Position numbers and translations under genes: made by a program
The notes under the pieces: model-generated
The model's input: the letters and a program-made list of their open reading frames with translations, nothing else
What the model was told of the DNA's origin: nothing
Databases searched by the model: none
Part shown: positions 1 to 9,296 of the stretch, piece by piece
Layout: each line of letters opens with the position of its first letter
Numbering within the stretch: position 1 is the stretch's first letter
Assembly: GCA_964491115.1 (NCBI GenBank)
Contig: CAZBEW010000002.1
Span: 62 to 64,061 of the forward strand
Length of the DNA: 64,000 bases
Direction of reading: 5' to 3'
From: an uncultured Pseudomonadales bacterium
Lineage (GTDB): Bacteria; Patescibacteriota; Microgenomatia; UBA1400; PJMF01

Positions 1-1612
1 GGTGGCTTGTCTTTCCAGCCACGAGATGGCCATGATGTGATTTGGCTCAATGCCGATCACTTTTTCCTCCATCATTGTGCTTAATTCTTGGTTTAGATAG
101 TTGATTGCGTTTGCCAAGACCTCTTTATTGCTCAAAACTCCATTTATTTTAGCTTGTTCTAGTGTTTGCAATTGTTGGTTTAATTCTTTGTCAGAGGTTG
201 TGGGTGGGAAGTCTGATACCGGTTTGGTGTTTTCTGCCAATCTTCTCAGGACATCAATAGGTTTTACTTTTTTTCTACTTGCGTTTCTTTCTTCAATTTC
301 CATGTCATATTTTTCTTTGTCAAACAATAACTGGATTCGTTCTGCTGAGTTAAAATAATTAACTTTAGGGATCGCTTGCTCTAATTGAGATTTATCATTG
401 GTGTCGTAATAATGAACCATGGCAGTGATTAATTCGTTAATATAAGGGCGTTGGTCGTGGATGCAGTCTCGTAAAATGCCAAATGGTTTTGCCATCATGA
501 GGCCGTCTGATCGATTTTGCTCCAATCGAGCCAGACTGGTGGCTGGGACTACTCTAGCTGCAAGTAATAATTCATTGAGATTTTCAGCAGATACTGGACT
601 GGCATAAGCGTGACAAAGATAATCGCCAACTCCAAAATCTCCATGATTCATTCCCCAAAAATTACCACTTTTTAAAATAATTTCGATTTGAGGGTCATTG
701 TTTTGCATGGCGGGCAGCAAGCGATCGATTAATCCTCGTGATTTTTCTGCTGTTAAATCATGATTTCTGGTATAACTGAATACTGTTTCAGCAAATTGTG
801 CTCCAATATTTCTATCAGCATAATCAGCAACTTCTTTGTAAATTTGTAGCATTAATTTGAGTTGATCTGGATTATTAAAGGATAACCAAAATGACTTAGT
901 GACACTCATAAAATTTTTGTCTAACTTATCTTGTGCTCGTTGACTGGTAACTAGATAATGATATTCATAAAACTCAGCAATGCCATTAAAAAAATTGATA
1001 AATTCTTCAGGGCTTTTTGGAGTTGAGTGTAGGTATTTACCAGAATTAGATATATTAACTAAAACAGTTTTAAAATCTTTGAGTCTTTCTTGGGCTGTTG
1101 ACTCATCTATTTCACTCATAAATTTTGCTTTCCACTGGCTCGCTAAAGTTTGATTAAATTTTGCTTGATCTGCAGTATCGCAAACTTCTACCCATTGCCT
1201 CATGTCTGCGGGGGTCAATTCGCTTTGAGCGGGAAGCATGCTGCTGCTTAAGTCGCGAAGCGCCGCAATATATTCAGGCAAATCTTGACTAACAATTTCT
1301 GTTTGATGAGCAATTGTGTCAATTAATTTTTCTTTATCCCTTCTGGCTCTATAAAACTCTTGCTCTGCCTCTTCTTTTTCTTGTTCATCAAGTTGATCGA
1401 CTGATTTCTGCCGATTGAATGCCATTTTTTCGTATTGCTGCTCTAATTTTTTATTAGGAAAAAGACCATCCACCATTGTTTCTATGTTTGGTTGACGCAA
1501 TCTAACTTCTTCTTGGATTTTAAGCTGTTTAGCAGACCACTGAGAAAATGTTTCTTCATCATCCTGATTAATAGTTGATTGGGGTTTTTTTGTTTCTGTT
1601 GAGTTTGGCATA
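1..1612 (-). CDS. large hypothetical protein, 5' part only (N-terminal ~537 aa in window; C-terminus lies beyond position 1)
   Basis: Continuous stop-free reading frame on the minus strand from ATG at 1612 (revcomp ...agagaaaaatATGCCAAACTCAACAGAAACA) to the window edge. Absent from the ORF track because it has no stop in the window. Hydrophilic, Q/E/N-rich, no signal peptide, no recognisable motif. Confidence 0.55.
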
Positions 1613-1650
1613 TTTTTCTCTAACTAAAGTGTAATAGATCTATAAGACAA

Positions 1651-1896
1651 ATGCAAAAACAGTGTAAAATTGTGCTAATGAGAATCACTGTTAATGTTCA
1701 CCCCAACTCCAAGAGAGCAAGAATAGAAAAAGACCTGCTAGGAACATTACATGTTTATGTCAGTCAACCACCTTTGGAAGGAAAAGCTAACAAAGCTGTC
1801 ATCGAGGCCTTAGCCAAGCATTTTAAGACCAAAAAAAGCAGCATTTATCTAATATCTGGCATGAAATCAAAGATTAAAGTTTTTGAGATAGGGTAA
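1651..1896 (+). CDS. YggU/DUF167 family small protein
   Basis: Translation ...ITVNVHPNSKRARIEKD...LHVYVSQPPLEGKANKAVIEALAKHF...IYLISGMKSKIKVFEI matches the conserved DUF167 (UPF0235) pattern V-x-V-x-P-N-x-K...KANxAlixxLAK. The true start may be the internal Met at ~1678. Confidence 0.55.
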   Translation: MQKQCKIVLMRITVNVHPNSKRARIEKDLLGTLHVYVSQPPLEGKANKAVIEALAKHFKTKKSSIYLISGMKSKIKVFEIG

Positions 1897-1921
1897 AGCT
1901 AAGCGTGGATCTTACTGCACC

Positions 1922-2176
1922 TTGCTTGTAATGGTATTTATTGCTAGCTATAATGATTATATGCGAGATAATATCTTCCAGCTGCAACGAACTATTGCGG
2001 AAAAACTACTTGATTTACTTGAAGACGAGCTGATTAGTATTGAGCGCGCAGCTGAAATAGCCACAGAGGTGTTGAATATTGTTGGTGAGGATGCTGCAGA
2101 ATCTGCTCTAAGCGATATCAAACAACAGTTGGCAGTAATTCCTGAATTAAAAACTTTGAATGTACTAAATTTCTAA
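1922..2176 (+). CDS. hypothetical protein
   Basis: 84-aa ORF immediately upstream of the giant ORF; acidic, helical, no motif recognised. Confidence 0.3.
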   Translation: MLVMVFIASYNDYMRDNIFQLQRTIAEKLLDLLEDELISIERAAEIATEVLNIVGEDAAESALSDIKQQLAVIPELKTLNVLNF

Positions 2177-2195
2177 GGATTTTGAGAGTTGACCC

Positions 2196-5100
2196 ATGGA
2201 AAAACAAACAGAAACCCAAACTCCGATTGCAGAAGCGGCAACAAATCCAATCGCAGAAACCCAAACTCCGATCACAGAGGCGGCAGCAACTCCTCAGTCT
2301 GATATAGAAGAGCAGCCTAATATAAAAGAAGCTCAAGCTGAGTCAGAAAATGCAGCTTCATTGGAAAAATTAAAGCGTTGGTTTGGTATTTTGCGTCAAG
2401 TTTGTCAAGAAGATCCGCGAGTGGTGCTACAAGCTTTGCAAAAACCAGAAAAACTAATATTAAGGTCTCCAGATGATGTTATGGCGAAGCGAGCAGAAGA
2501 GTTGCGGAGCACTGTTGATCAGGAAAAGACAAGAAAAGAATTCAGTCAAAAAGGAGTAGATCCTGAAAAAGCCCTAACTGTGATTAATTTTTTAAGAAAA
2601 AATGCGAGTCAAAGCTATTGGCCAACAGACAGATCTGGCTCACCGGATTATGATAAAGAGATAGAGGCTCATTATCAATATAATGCAGAAGCTGATTTTG
2701 AATTTATTAGTGAATTAGCGAATATTAGTGATGATCCAGCGGCCTTACTTGAAGATTTAAATAATATTTTTCCTTTTAAAAATATTGAATACAATAAAAA
2801 TAATACGCTTGAATATGCAAAATTTGTGGCAGATAATCCTCGGGTTCGTGAAGTCATTAATAAGATTAGAGTATTACCAAATCTGAGCAAATTACATAAG
2901 ACTGATGATCTAGTGTTTTCTCGTGACGAAAGTGGTCAAACTCAAGTGAGTATTTATGAAAATGTCTCTGGTAACAATGTATTTTCTCCTGATCCATTGC
3001 AAGATTTAGCAAATTTAGACGAGCAAAGTTTTCAAGAATTACTCTCAGAAGAAAATCTTGTTCGAGTTCAAGAATTATGGGCAAGACTTGCTGGTAAAGA
3101 GGCAATTAAGTTGGAGCTATTACCAAATTTATTGCAATTAGCTCACAATCCTCAACTGGAAACATTATTTGTGCAAGTGATTAAAGCAAATACCAATAAT
3201 TCTTCAGTAGAACAAGCTTTTGCAAGTCAAATTTTAGCTGACTCCAATGAGGTGAGTAGATTTATTTGGACAGTTTCAAGAGCAGAGCAAATTCTTCAAG
3301 AAATTCCAGAGACGGTTACTTTGCTTGATAATGGCTTTGATTTAAATAGCGTTCTTCGCTCCAAATTTAATAGTCATAAAGAAGCAACTGATATTAAGCA
3401 AATTCTTGATCAACAAAATGAGTTGCTCAGCGATTATAACAATCAAGATTTAATGCTCAATGCCAAAATATTGAAAAAATATGGTCTAGAGATGCCTTTA
3501 AGCAATGAATCGAGAGAATATTATAATTTCATGAGAAGCTCTGATCCAGATCGCCTAGAAAAAGCTTTAGAAATTTATGAGGTAACTAAAGATTTTTATA
3601 CCAATGAGACAGACGATGATCTTCGTAAAAACAATGCTAGATTTAGTATTTGGGAAACAATTGACAATAAATTAGCCAACTTTTCTGTAACTGAAGTTAG
3701 CGGTCTTTTTCAATTGTTAGCTGACCAGAAGGGTTTGCTAGGAGATTTTGATCTATATACTTCACAAGTTTTAGAAAACCTTGATTCATTCGAGACCCTT
3801 AAAGAACGCTTTCAGGCTTTGGCTGACCCAAAAATTCAAGAGATGATTAATGACCAATTATTTAACCAGACATTAAAGGCGCATATGGGCGTTGAGAGCG
3901 TTGGTCATAGTTGGCAAAGATGGCAAGTTTTTTTTCAAGCGCCCGATACTTACCAGGATTTATATAGACAAAAAGATTTGTTTTATCAAAGAATGAATGA
4001 TTTAAATAATGAAAAATTATCATTTGCCCTAGATTCAAAGAGCCTTCATTATATACTTCAACTATCAGAAGCAGATTACTTAGATTTTAAAAATACTTGT
4101 CTTACTGATGCTCCACACAACATCGTTAACGAGACCCTTGTGAACAATTATGATTTGTTAAAAACAATGAACCCCGCTGATCAAGAATATTTATTAAACG
4201 AACTCAGATCTTTAGGTATTAAGGCTGATAGTCTCTTTGAGTTTAATCTTGCTGATTCCAATCTTTATCTTAATTTAAGTGAAAAAGATCGTCAGCAGGT
4301 ATTTATTTTAGTTAAAAAATATCAGAATTATGTAGATGATGTTTTAAAAATCCAAAGTAATTTTTTTCTCCAAAACAACAAATTACAGTTAAATTTTTTT
4401 AGTGAGCTAGCCCTTAATCCAGATTCTCAAGATCGTTTTTTTGCATTACTTGATTATTTAAATAAAAATCCCGCCTTGCTTATTTTCAATCCTCTAAGTC
4501 AGGAGAGCAACTATAATGCTAATTATTTTGTAGATTTTCTTGTGACTCGTTTAAGTGAAGGAACTTTTTCTCTCAATGAGTACATAAATCAAGATGGAAC
4601 TATCACTGAGAAATTTTTAGAAAGTGAAGTATTTCAAGAGTCGTTTCAAAAAGCTTATGGTTTCCAGCTAACTGGTGATTTTATTGGAAAATTGAGTCAA
4701 TTTTATCAAGATCTACACGCTCCAGAATATGCTGCTTTGATTGTTAATCCAGAAGCTTATTGGGAAAGCAATCGTGGTCTAATGATTAGACTAGAACAAA
4801 TTGGCTGGCCAGTTAATAATTTTGACCGATTTCGCAGTCTAGTGCAGAACCCTGAGACTAACGATATCTTAAGTTCGGTAGATGTAAATTTATTAAATTC
4901 TTTATCTAAAAACATTGGCCTTAATCCCAACAACATTTATTATGTTAATAAAAGTTCTCTATATTGGTTAAAATCTAATCTGAATAATAATGAGAAAAGA
5001 ATAAATTTTTTTAAAAAAATTCTTAACGAGAAACCCTCTAGTTTTAAAAGTTGCGTCACTGCGTTTCGCTCAACAGGAGCAGAGAAAATTGATCAAATTG

Positions 5101-6620
5101 TTAACGAGCCGCTGTATTTTGAGAGATTATTAGAGGCAATGCAGGAATTTCGTAATATTACCCCTTCTTTAATTACTAGTTATATTTTAAATCTAAATGA
5201 AGCTGAGAGAGCAGAATATCGAGAAAAAATTGATAACTTTAGACATAATGTGCATCGTAATGTACCAATTATGCCTTTAAGCGAAGGAGTTGGAGGTATA
5301 GATTTTTTAACTGATGCAATTTCGCTGACTTTTCCCAGCACCAATCCAGATGATATTAAGTTTCGTTTAACAGAATTGGAAGATCGGTGTGAAGATGTGG
5401 CCAATTTGAAAATTCGAGAAGAAGGGTATCAGGGAAAAATTGTCTCTAAAGAAAAAGAAGCCGTTCTTAGAGACCCGAATAAGACTATTGATGAAGGATT
5501 AATCAACCTTATCAAAGTCATTTTTGCTGATCAACAAGGAGCTGATTATTTAGCTGGAGGCGGAGATGAGGCTTTCGCTTTTCGAGGTTGGGCAAGATTA
5601 TTAGTGGACGCAGGGGCAACTAATCAAAAAGCTTTGTTTAAAGATAATTTACAAGAGGTTATAGCTTGTAGTCGAGTTTCTTTGGGAAATCAAATTGATG
5701 TTTTTACCGAAAAAATGCTTGGAGATACTTCACAAATAGCTGAAAAAAATACCATTTTAAATAAGGCGAAGGAATTATTTGGCATTTATTATAAGGATAA
5801 TGCTTCCAGTAGTATTGAAAATTTTTTACAGGGTCATCAAGAGCAAGTTAATACATTACTAGCCAAACTAAGTGAAAAGCGCCTGAGTGCTTTAGAAAAG
5901 AATATTGTTAATAATAAAGCCATGAGTGAAGAGGATAGATTGGATTTTAAAGACATCATCAGTGGTCTGAGATTAACAGACACGAACATGAACCAAAAAC
6001 GTCAATTATTAGCTAGGTTGCTGTCTTTTATGACTGAACGAAGCATTTTTGCTGGAGGGGCTGGTTTACGCAAAGTAGTCCAAAATGAAAGAGAGAAAAT
6101 TATTTTAAGAGATAAAGAGGGGCAAGAGATTGATCCTAATTCAGTGGTGACTGCTTATCTCACTAAAAACGCTGCTTCTTTCTTTGCTAAAACAACAGCC
6201 GGATTGTGCACTGCGGGTAATGTTTCTCTTTTTAATCGACCAGATCATTTTCATGTTAATTTAGTTGATGCAGAAGAAATAGTGGTGGGTAATATTCAAG
6301 GTTATCAATATAATTATAATGGTCAGCCGGCACTAATTTTTAGGGGCTTTAACCCTTCCACCAGCATCATTTCTTCAACTAATGCTTGGATTTTGTGTGA
6401 CCAAATGCTTGATATAATTAAACAAATTGCACAGGACAACAATATCACCCAGGTTTTTATTCCAGATGACAATGGCTTTCATCCATTAACAAATCGAGTT
6501 GCTGAGGGAGTAGGTCAGTATTTTACACATAAATTTTTTAGAAGAGAAAATCAGGCTTTCTTTTCTTTTGATATCACTCATGACAATATAGTTGATAATT
6601 TCTATAGAATTCCGGTTTAA
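2196..6620 (+). CDS. giant hypothetical protein (1474 aa), cytoplasmic, N/Q/E/L-rich
   Basis: Single uninterrupted ORF; SD-like gagttgacccATG context. Acidic T/P/E-rich repetitive N-terminus (TETQTPIAEAATNPIAETQTPITEAAATP). No TM or signal peptide, no catalytic motif I can name. Confidence 0.7.
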   Translation: MEKQTETQTPIAEAATNPIAETQTPITEAAATPQSDIEEQPNIKEAQAESENAASLEKLKRWFGILRQVCQEDPRVVLQALQKPEKLILRSPDDVMAKRAEELRSTVDQEKTRKEFSQKGVDPEKALTVINFLRKNASQSYWPTDRSGSPDYDKEIEAHYQYNAEADFEFISELANISDDPAALLEDLNNIFPFKNIEYNKNNTLEYAKFVADNPRVREVINKIRVLPNLSKLHKTDDLVFSRDESGQTQVSIYENVSGNNVFSPDPLQDLANLDEQSFQELLSEENLVRVQELWARLAGKEAIKLELLPNLLQLAHNPQLETLFVQVIKANTNNSSVEQAFASQILADSNEVSRFIWTVSRAEQILQEIPETVTLLDNGFDLNSVLRSKFNSHKEATDIKQILDQQNELLSDYNNQDLMLNAKILKKYGLEMPLSNESREYYNFMRSSDPDRLEKALEIYEVTKDFYTNETDDDLRKNNARFSIWETIDNKLANFSVTEVSGLFQLLADQKGLLGDFDLYTSQVLENLDSFETLKERFQALADPKIQEMINDQLFNQTLKAHMGVESVGHSWQRWQVFFQAPDTYQDLYRQKDLFYQRMNDLNNEKLSFALDSKSLHYILQLSEADYLDFKNTCLTDAPHNIVNETLVNNYDLLKTMNPADQEYLLNELRSLGIKADSLFEFNLADSNLYLNLSEKDRQQVFILVKKYQNYVDDVLKIQSNFFLQNNKLQLNFFSELALNPDSQDRFFALLDYLNKNPALLIFNPLSQESNYNANYFVDFLVTRLSEGTFSLNEYINQDGTITEKFLESEVFQESFQKAYGFQLTGDFIGKLSQFYQDLHAPEYAALIVNPEAYWESNRGLMIRLEQIGWPVNNFDRFRSLVQNPETNDILSSVDVNLLNSLSKNIGLNPNNIYYVNKSSLYWLKSNLNNNEKRINFFKKILNEKPSSFKSCVTAFRSTGAEKIDQIVNEPLYFERLLEAMQEFRNITPSLITSYILNLNEAERAEYREKIDNFRHNVHRNVPIMPLSEGVGGIDFLTDAISLTFPSTNPDDIKFRLTELEDRCEDVANLKIREEGYQGKIVSKEKEAVLRDPNKTIDEGLINLIKVIFADQQGADYLAGGGDEAFAFRGWARLLVDAGATNQKALFKDNLQEVIACSRVSLGNQIDVFTEKMLGDTSQIAEKNTILNKAKELFGIYYKDNASSSIENFLQGHQEQVNTLLAKLSEKRLSALEKNIVNNKAMSEEDRLDFKDIISGLRLTDTNMNQKRQLLARLLSFMTERSIFAGGAGLRKVVQNEREKIILRDKEGQEIDPNSVVTAYLTKNAASFFAKTTAGLCTAGNVSLFNRPDHFHVNLVDAEEIVVGNIQGYQYNYNGQPALIFRGFNPSTSIISSTNAWILCDQMLDIIKQIAQDNNITQVFIPDDNGFHPLTNRVAEGVGQYFTHKFFRRENQAFFSFDITHDNIVDNFYRIPV

Positions 6621-6707
6621 TATTTATTAGCTAAAGCTTTGTGCAAAAAGTGATCAAATAGAGGAGTTGGGAGAATTTTGTAGTAGTCAAATTAATGAAA
6701 TAAAGAT

Positions 6708-6742
6708 TTGTCACAATCCCAAAAAATATATTACTGTATAAT
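6708..6742 (+). promoter_or_regulatory. putative sigma70-like promoter for the MazG-like/DUF2075 operon
   Basis: ttgtca (6708-6713) and consensus tataat (6737-6742, preceded by tg) just upstream of SD gaggt and ATG 6751. The -35/-10 spacing of 23 nt is long, so only the -10 element is convincing. Confidence 0.3.
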
Positions 6743-6750
6743 CAGAGGTA

Positions 6751-7098
6751 ATGTCAAAAATTGAAAAACTTACTCAAAAATTAATTGATTTTCGTGAAGC
6801 TCGCAATTGGAAACAATTCCATAACCCAAAAAATTTAGCAGAATCAATTTCTATAGAAGCAAACGAGCTACTAGAACACTTTCAGTGGTTGAATCTAGAA
6901 GAAAGTCAAAAATATAGTGTGGAGCATAAACAAGAATTAGCAGAAGAAATATCTGACGTTCTGAATTATCTAATTTTATTAGCTCATGACATAGACATTG
7001 ATTTAATTGAAGCTGCAATTAAAAAAATAGAAATAAATAATAAGAAATATCCAATAAAAAAGTCAAAAGGCATAAGCACAAAATATAATAAATTATAG
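6751..7098 (+). CDS. MazG-like nucleoside triphosphate pyrophosphohydrolase (all-alpha NTP-PPase)
   Basis: LIDFREARNWKQFHNPKNLAESISIEANELLEHFQW...EEISDVLNYLILLA is the typical MazG/YpjD-like signature (FHxPxNLAxxIxxEAxELLE, E-rich helix). Strong SD, and a 9-nt gap to the next gene. Confidence 0.7.
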   Translation: MSKIEKLTQKLIDFREARNWKQFHNPKNLAESISIEANELLEHFQWLNLEESQKYSVEHKQELAEEISDVLNYLILLAHDIDIDLIEAAIKKIEINNKKYPIKKSKGISTKYNKL

Positions 7099-7107
7099 AA
7101 TTACAAA

Positions 7108-8970
7108 ATGCTTGTTTATAAAAATACAGCTACTGGATTTTGCTACGACGTTGAGACTAATAAGATAGCTGACAGCATAGAATTAGCTTTCAAAAACAGT
7201 CTTGGTCGAAAAGTAAATCCTAGTGAAAAAAGTGCTTGGATAAACTCCATGTCATTTATGGAAAGAATAGTTCGTAATTCTGGAGTGGCTCAAGACTGTG
7301 GGGTTTTAATAGAATATAATATTCCAGCTACTTCTAAAAGAATAGATTTCATAATTGCTGGTTGTGATAGTGAAAACAAAAAAAAATTTGTTATTGTTGA
7401 ACTTAAACAATGGCAGCTAGCGAATAGCACTTTTAAAGATGGCCTTGTAACTAGTTTTTTTAGAGGTGGCGAAAGAGAAACTCCACATCCGTCTTATCAA
7501 GCATATTCTTACAAAAGTTTCTTAAAAGACTATAACGAGAATATTTATAGCGGTAAAATTAATCCCTATTCGTGTGCATATTTACACAATTATAAGGAAA
7601 AACACCCAGAGCCTCTAAAAGCTGATGCGTATAAAGAATACGTAGCTGATTCTCCAATTTACTTTCAAGATGACTTCGAAAAATTAGCAAACTTTATAAA
7701 AATGCATGTTGGTAATGGCGGTGGTGAAGAAATTCTTTATGACATAGAATCGGGGAGAATTAGGCCTAGTAAAAGATTAATTGACTGTGTAAGCGCAATG
7801 TTTAAAGGCAATCAAGAATTTATTCTCTTGGATGAACAAAAGGTTGCCTACGAAACAGCTCTTCATAGTGCTATCAATAGTAAAGAAAAAACTGTAATTA
7901 TTGTTAAAGGTGGTCCTGGTACTGGCAAATCAGTTGTTTCAATGAATTTATTTGGAGGATTACTCGCTAAACAGTTAAACACAGTTTTTGTAGCACCCAA
8001 TGCTGCTTTTAGAAGTGTGATGAAACATAAATTAGCTGGAGAGGAAAGGAAAGAGAAATTAAATCATTTGTTTAAAGGTTCGGCAGCTTTCTACGGGTTA
8101 AAAGATAACGTTTATGATGCAATTGTTGTTGATGAAGCACATCGTTTAAAAAATTATAAAGCTTACCAATATTTTGGACAAAATCAAATTGAAGATATTG
8201 TGAAGGCTGGTAAAACTAGTATTTTTTTTGTTGACGAAAATCAAATTATTCGTCCAGAAGACATAGGCTCGATTGAAGAAATTAAAAAAATAGCCAATCA
8301 ACAATATGCAACAATTAATGAAATAGAACTACAGGCTCAATTTAGATGTTCTGGTTCAGACGGATATATAAATTGGTTAGATAATACTTTAAGAATTAAA
8401 GAAACAGCAAATTTTGATGGTTGGGAAGACAAAAACTTTGAATTTCTTATTTTTGATGATCCGAATGATTTAAGGCAAGCTATTAAGAATAAACAAAATC
8501 AGGGGTTTGATGCTCAATTGCTAGCAGGATACGCTTGGAAATGGACAAGTGCAAAAGATGGCAATTATGATTCTCAGAGTGAAGATGTTCAGATACCTGA
8601 ATATAACTTTAGTATGCCTTGGAATTCAAGAAAAACTGGGTCAAATTGGGCAATTGATGCAAATAGCCACGAACAAATTGGTTGTGTACATACAAGTCAA
8701 GGTTTAGAATTTGACTATGTGGGTGTAATCGTTGGTAATGATCTGCGCTTTGATAAAGAAAAATTTGAGTATTTTGTTCCTTGGGACTCTTATAAGGATA
8801 TGGCTGGAAAAAAGGGTTTAAAAGATGAACCAGAAAAGCTATGTTTATTAGTAAAAAATATTTATAAAATTTTAATGACTAGAGGTATTTACGGTTGCTA
8901 TGTTTTTTTTCAAGACAAAAATTTGAAAGAGTTTGTTGAAAGTAGGTTGAAAAATGATTTATACAGGTAA
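7108..8970 (+). CDS. DUF2075-like nuclease-ATPase: N-terminal PD-(D/E)xK-like domain + Schlafen/helicase-like P-loop NTPase
   Basis: N-terminal region ...KRIDFIIAG...KFVIVELKQW has a D...ExK nuclease motif. Walker A GGPGTGKSVV, Walker B/DEAH-like VVDEAHRL, and a C-terminal region typical of DUF2075 proteins. Confidence 0.7.
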   Translation: MLVYKNTATGFCYDVETNKIADSIELAFKNSLGRKVNPSEKSAWINSMSFMERIVRNSGVAQDCGVLIEYNIPATSKRIDFIIAGCDSENKKKFVIVELKQWQLANSTFKDGLVTSFFRGGERETPHPSYQAYSYKSFLKDYNENIYSGKINPYSCAYLHNYKEKHPEPLKADAYKEYVADSPIYFQDDFEKLANFIKMHVGNGGGEEILYDIESGRIRPSKRLIDCVSAMFKGNQEFILLDEQKVAYETALHSAINSKEKTVIIVKGGPGTGKSVVSMNLFGGLLAKQLNTVFVAPNAAFRSVMKHKLAGEERKEKLNHLFKGSAAFYGLKDNVYDAIVVDEAHRLKNYKAYQYFGQNQIEDIVKAGKTSIFFVDENQIIRPEDIGSIEEIKKIANQQYATINEIELQAQFRCSGSDGYINWLDNTLRIKETANFDGWEDKNFEFLIFDDPNDLRQAIKNKQNQGFDAQLLAGYAWKWTSAKDGNYDSQSEDVQIPEYNFSMPWNSRKTGSNWAIDANSHEQIGCVHTSQGLEFDYVGVIVGNDLRFDKEKFEYFVPWDSYKDMAGKKGLKDEPEKLCLLVKNIYKILMTRGIYGCYVFFQDKNLKEFVESRLKNDLYR

Positions 8971-8974
8971 TTTC

Positions 8975-9160
8975 TTATTCTTTTAGTAATTTAGATTCAT
9001 TGGTGAATCTGTTAATTGAGATTTTTTTGAGAATCTTTTGACCTTGTTTGGTGTCAAAATCGATGATTTCTAATTTTTGTTTTTTATTAATAAAGCGAAA
9101 TTGACGTAATTTTAAATCTACAGTATATTTCTCAAAAGTTGGAAGTTTTATTATGGCCAT
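8975..9160 (-). CDS. small hypothetical protein (61 aa), possible swapped-hairpin (AbrB/MazE-like) DNA-binding regulator
   Basis: ORF divergent from the methyltransferase gene, with its start abutting a perfect 10-bp inverted repeat. The segment LEIIDFDTKQGQKILKK loosely resembles AbrB-type beta-hairpin DNA binders. This call is weak. Confidence 0.3.
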   Translation of the reverse strand: MAIIKLPTFEKYTVDLKLRQFRFINKKQKLEIIDFDTKQGQKILKKISINRFTNESKLLKE

Positions 9161-9189
9161 TGTAACTATTTTTTAAAACAATAGTTACA
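9161..9189. promoter_or_regulatory. perfect inverted repeat tgtaactatt-N9-aatagttaca (operator-like) between small ORF and M gene
   Basis: Read directly: tgtaactatt (9161-9170) and aatagttaca (9180-9189). Further TGTAA/GTTACA half-site copies follow at ~9196-9260 in the M-gene promoter region. Confidence 0.45.
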
Positions 9190-9296
9190 TTTGTTGTTAC
9201 AAATTAAAAGAATTACTTGCTGCATTTAATGTAAACTTATTGTAAGATTTGTATGTTTAAATAAACTAACATATAAACTTAAAAATTTTTGAGAAA

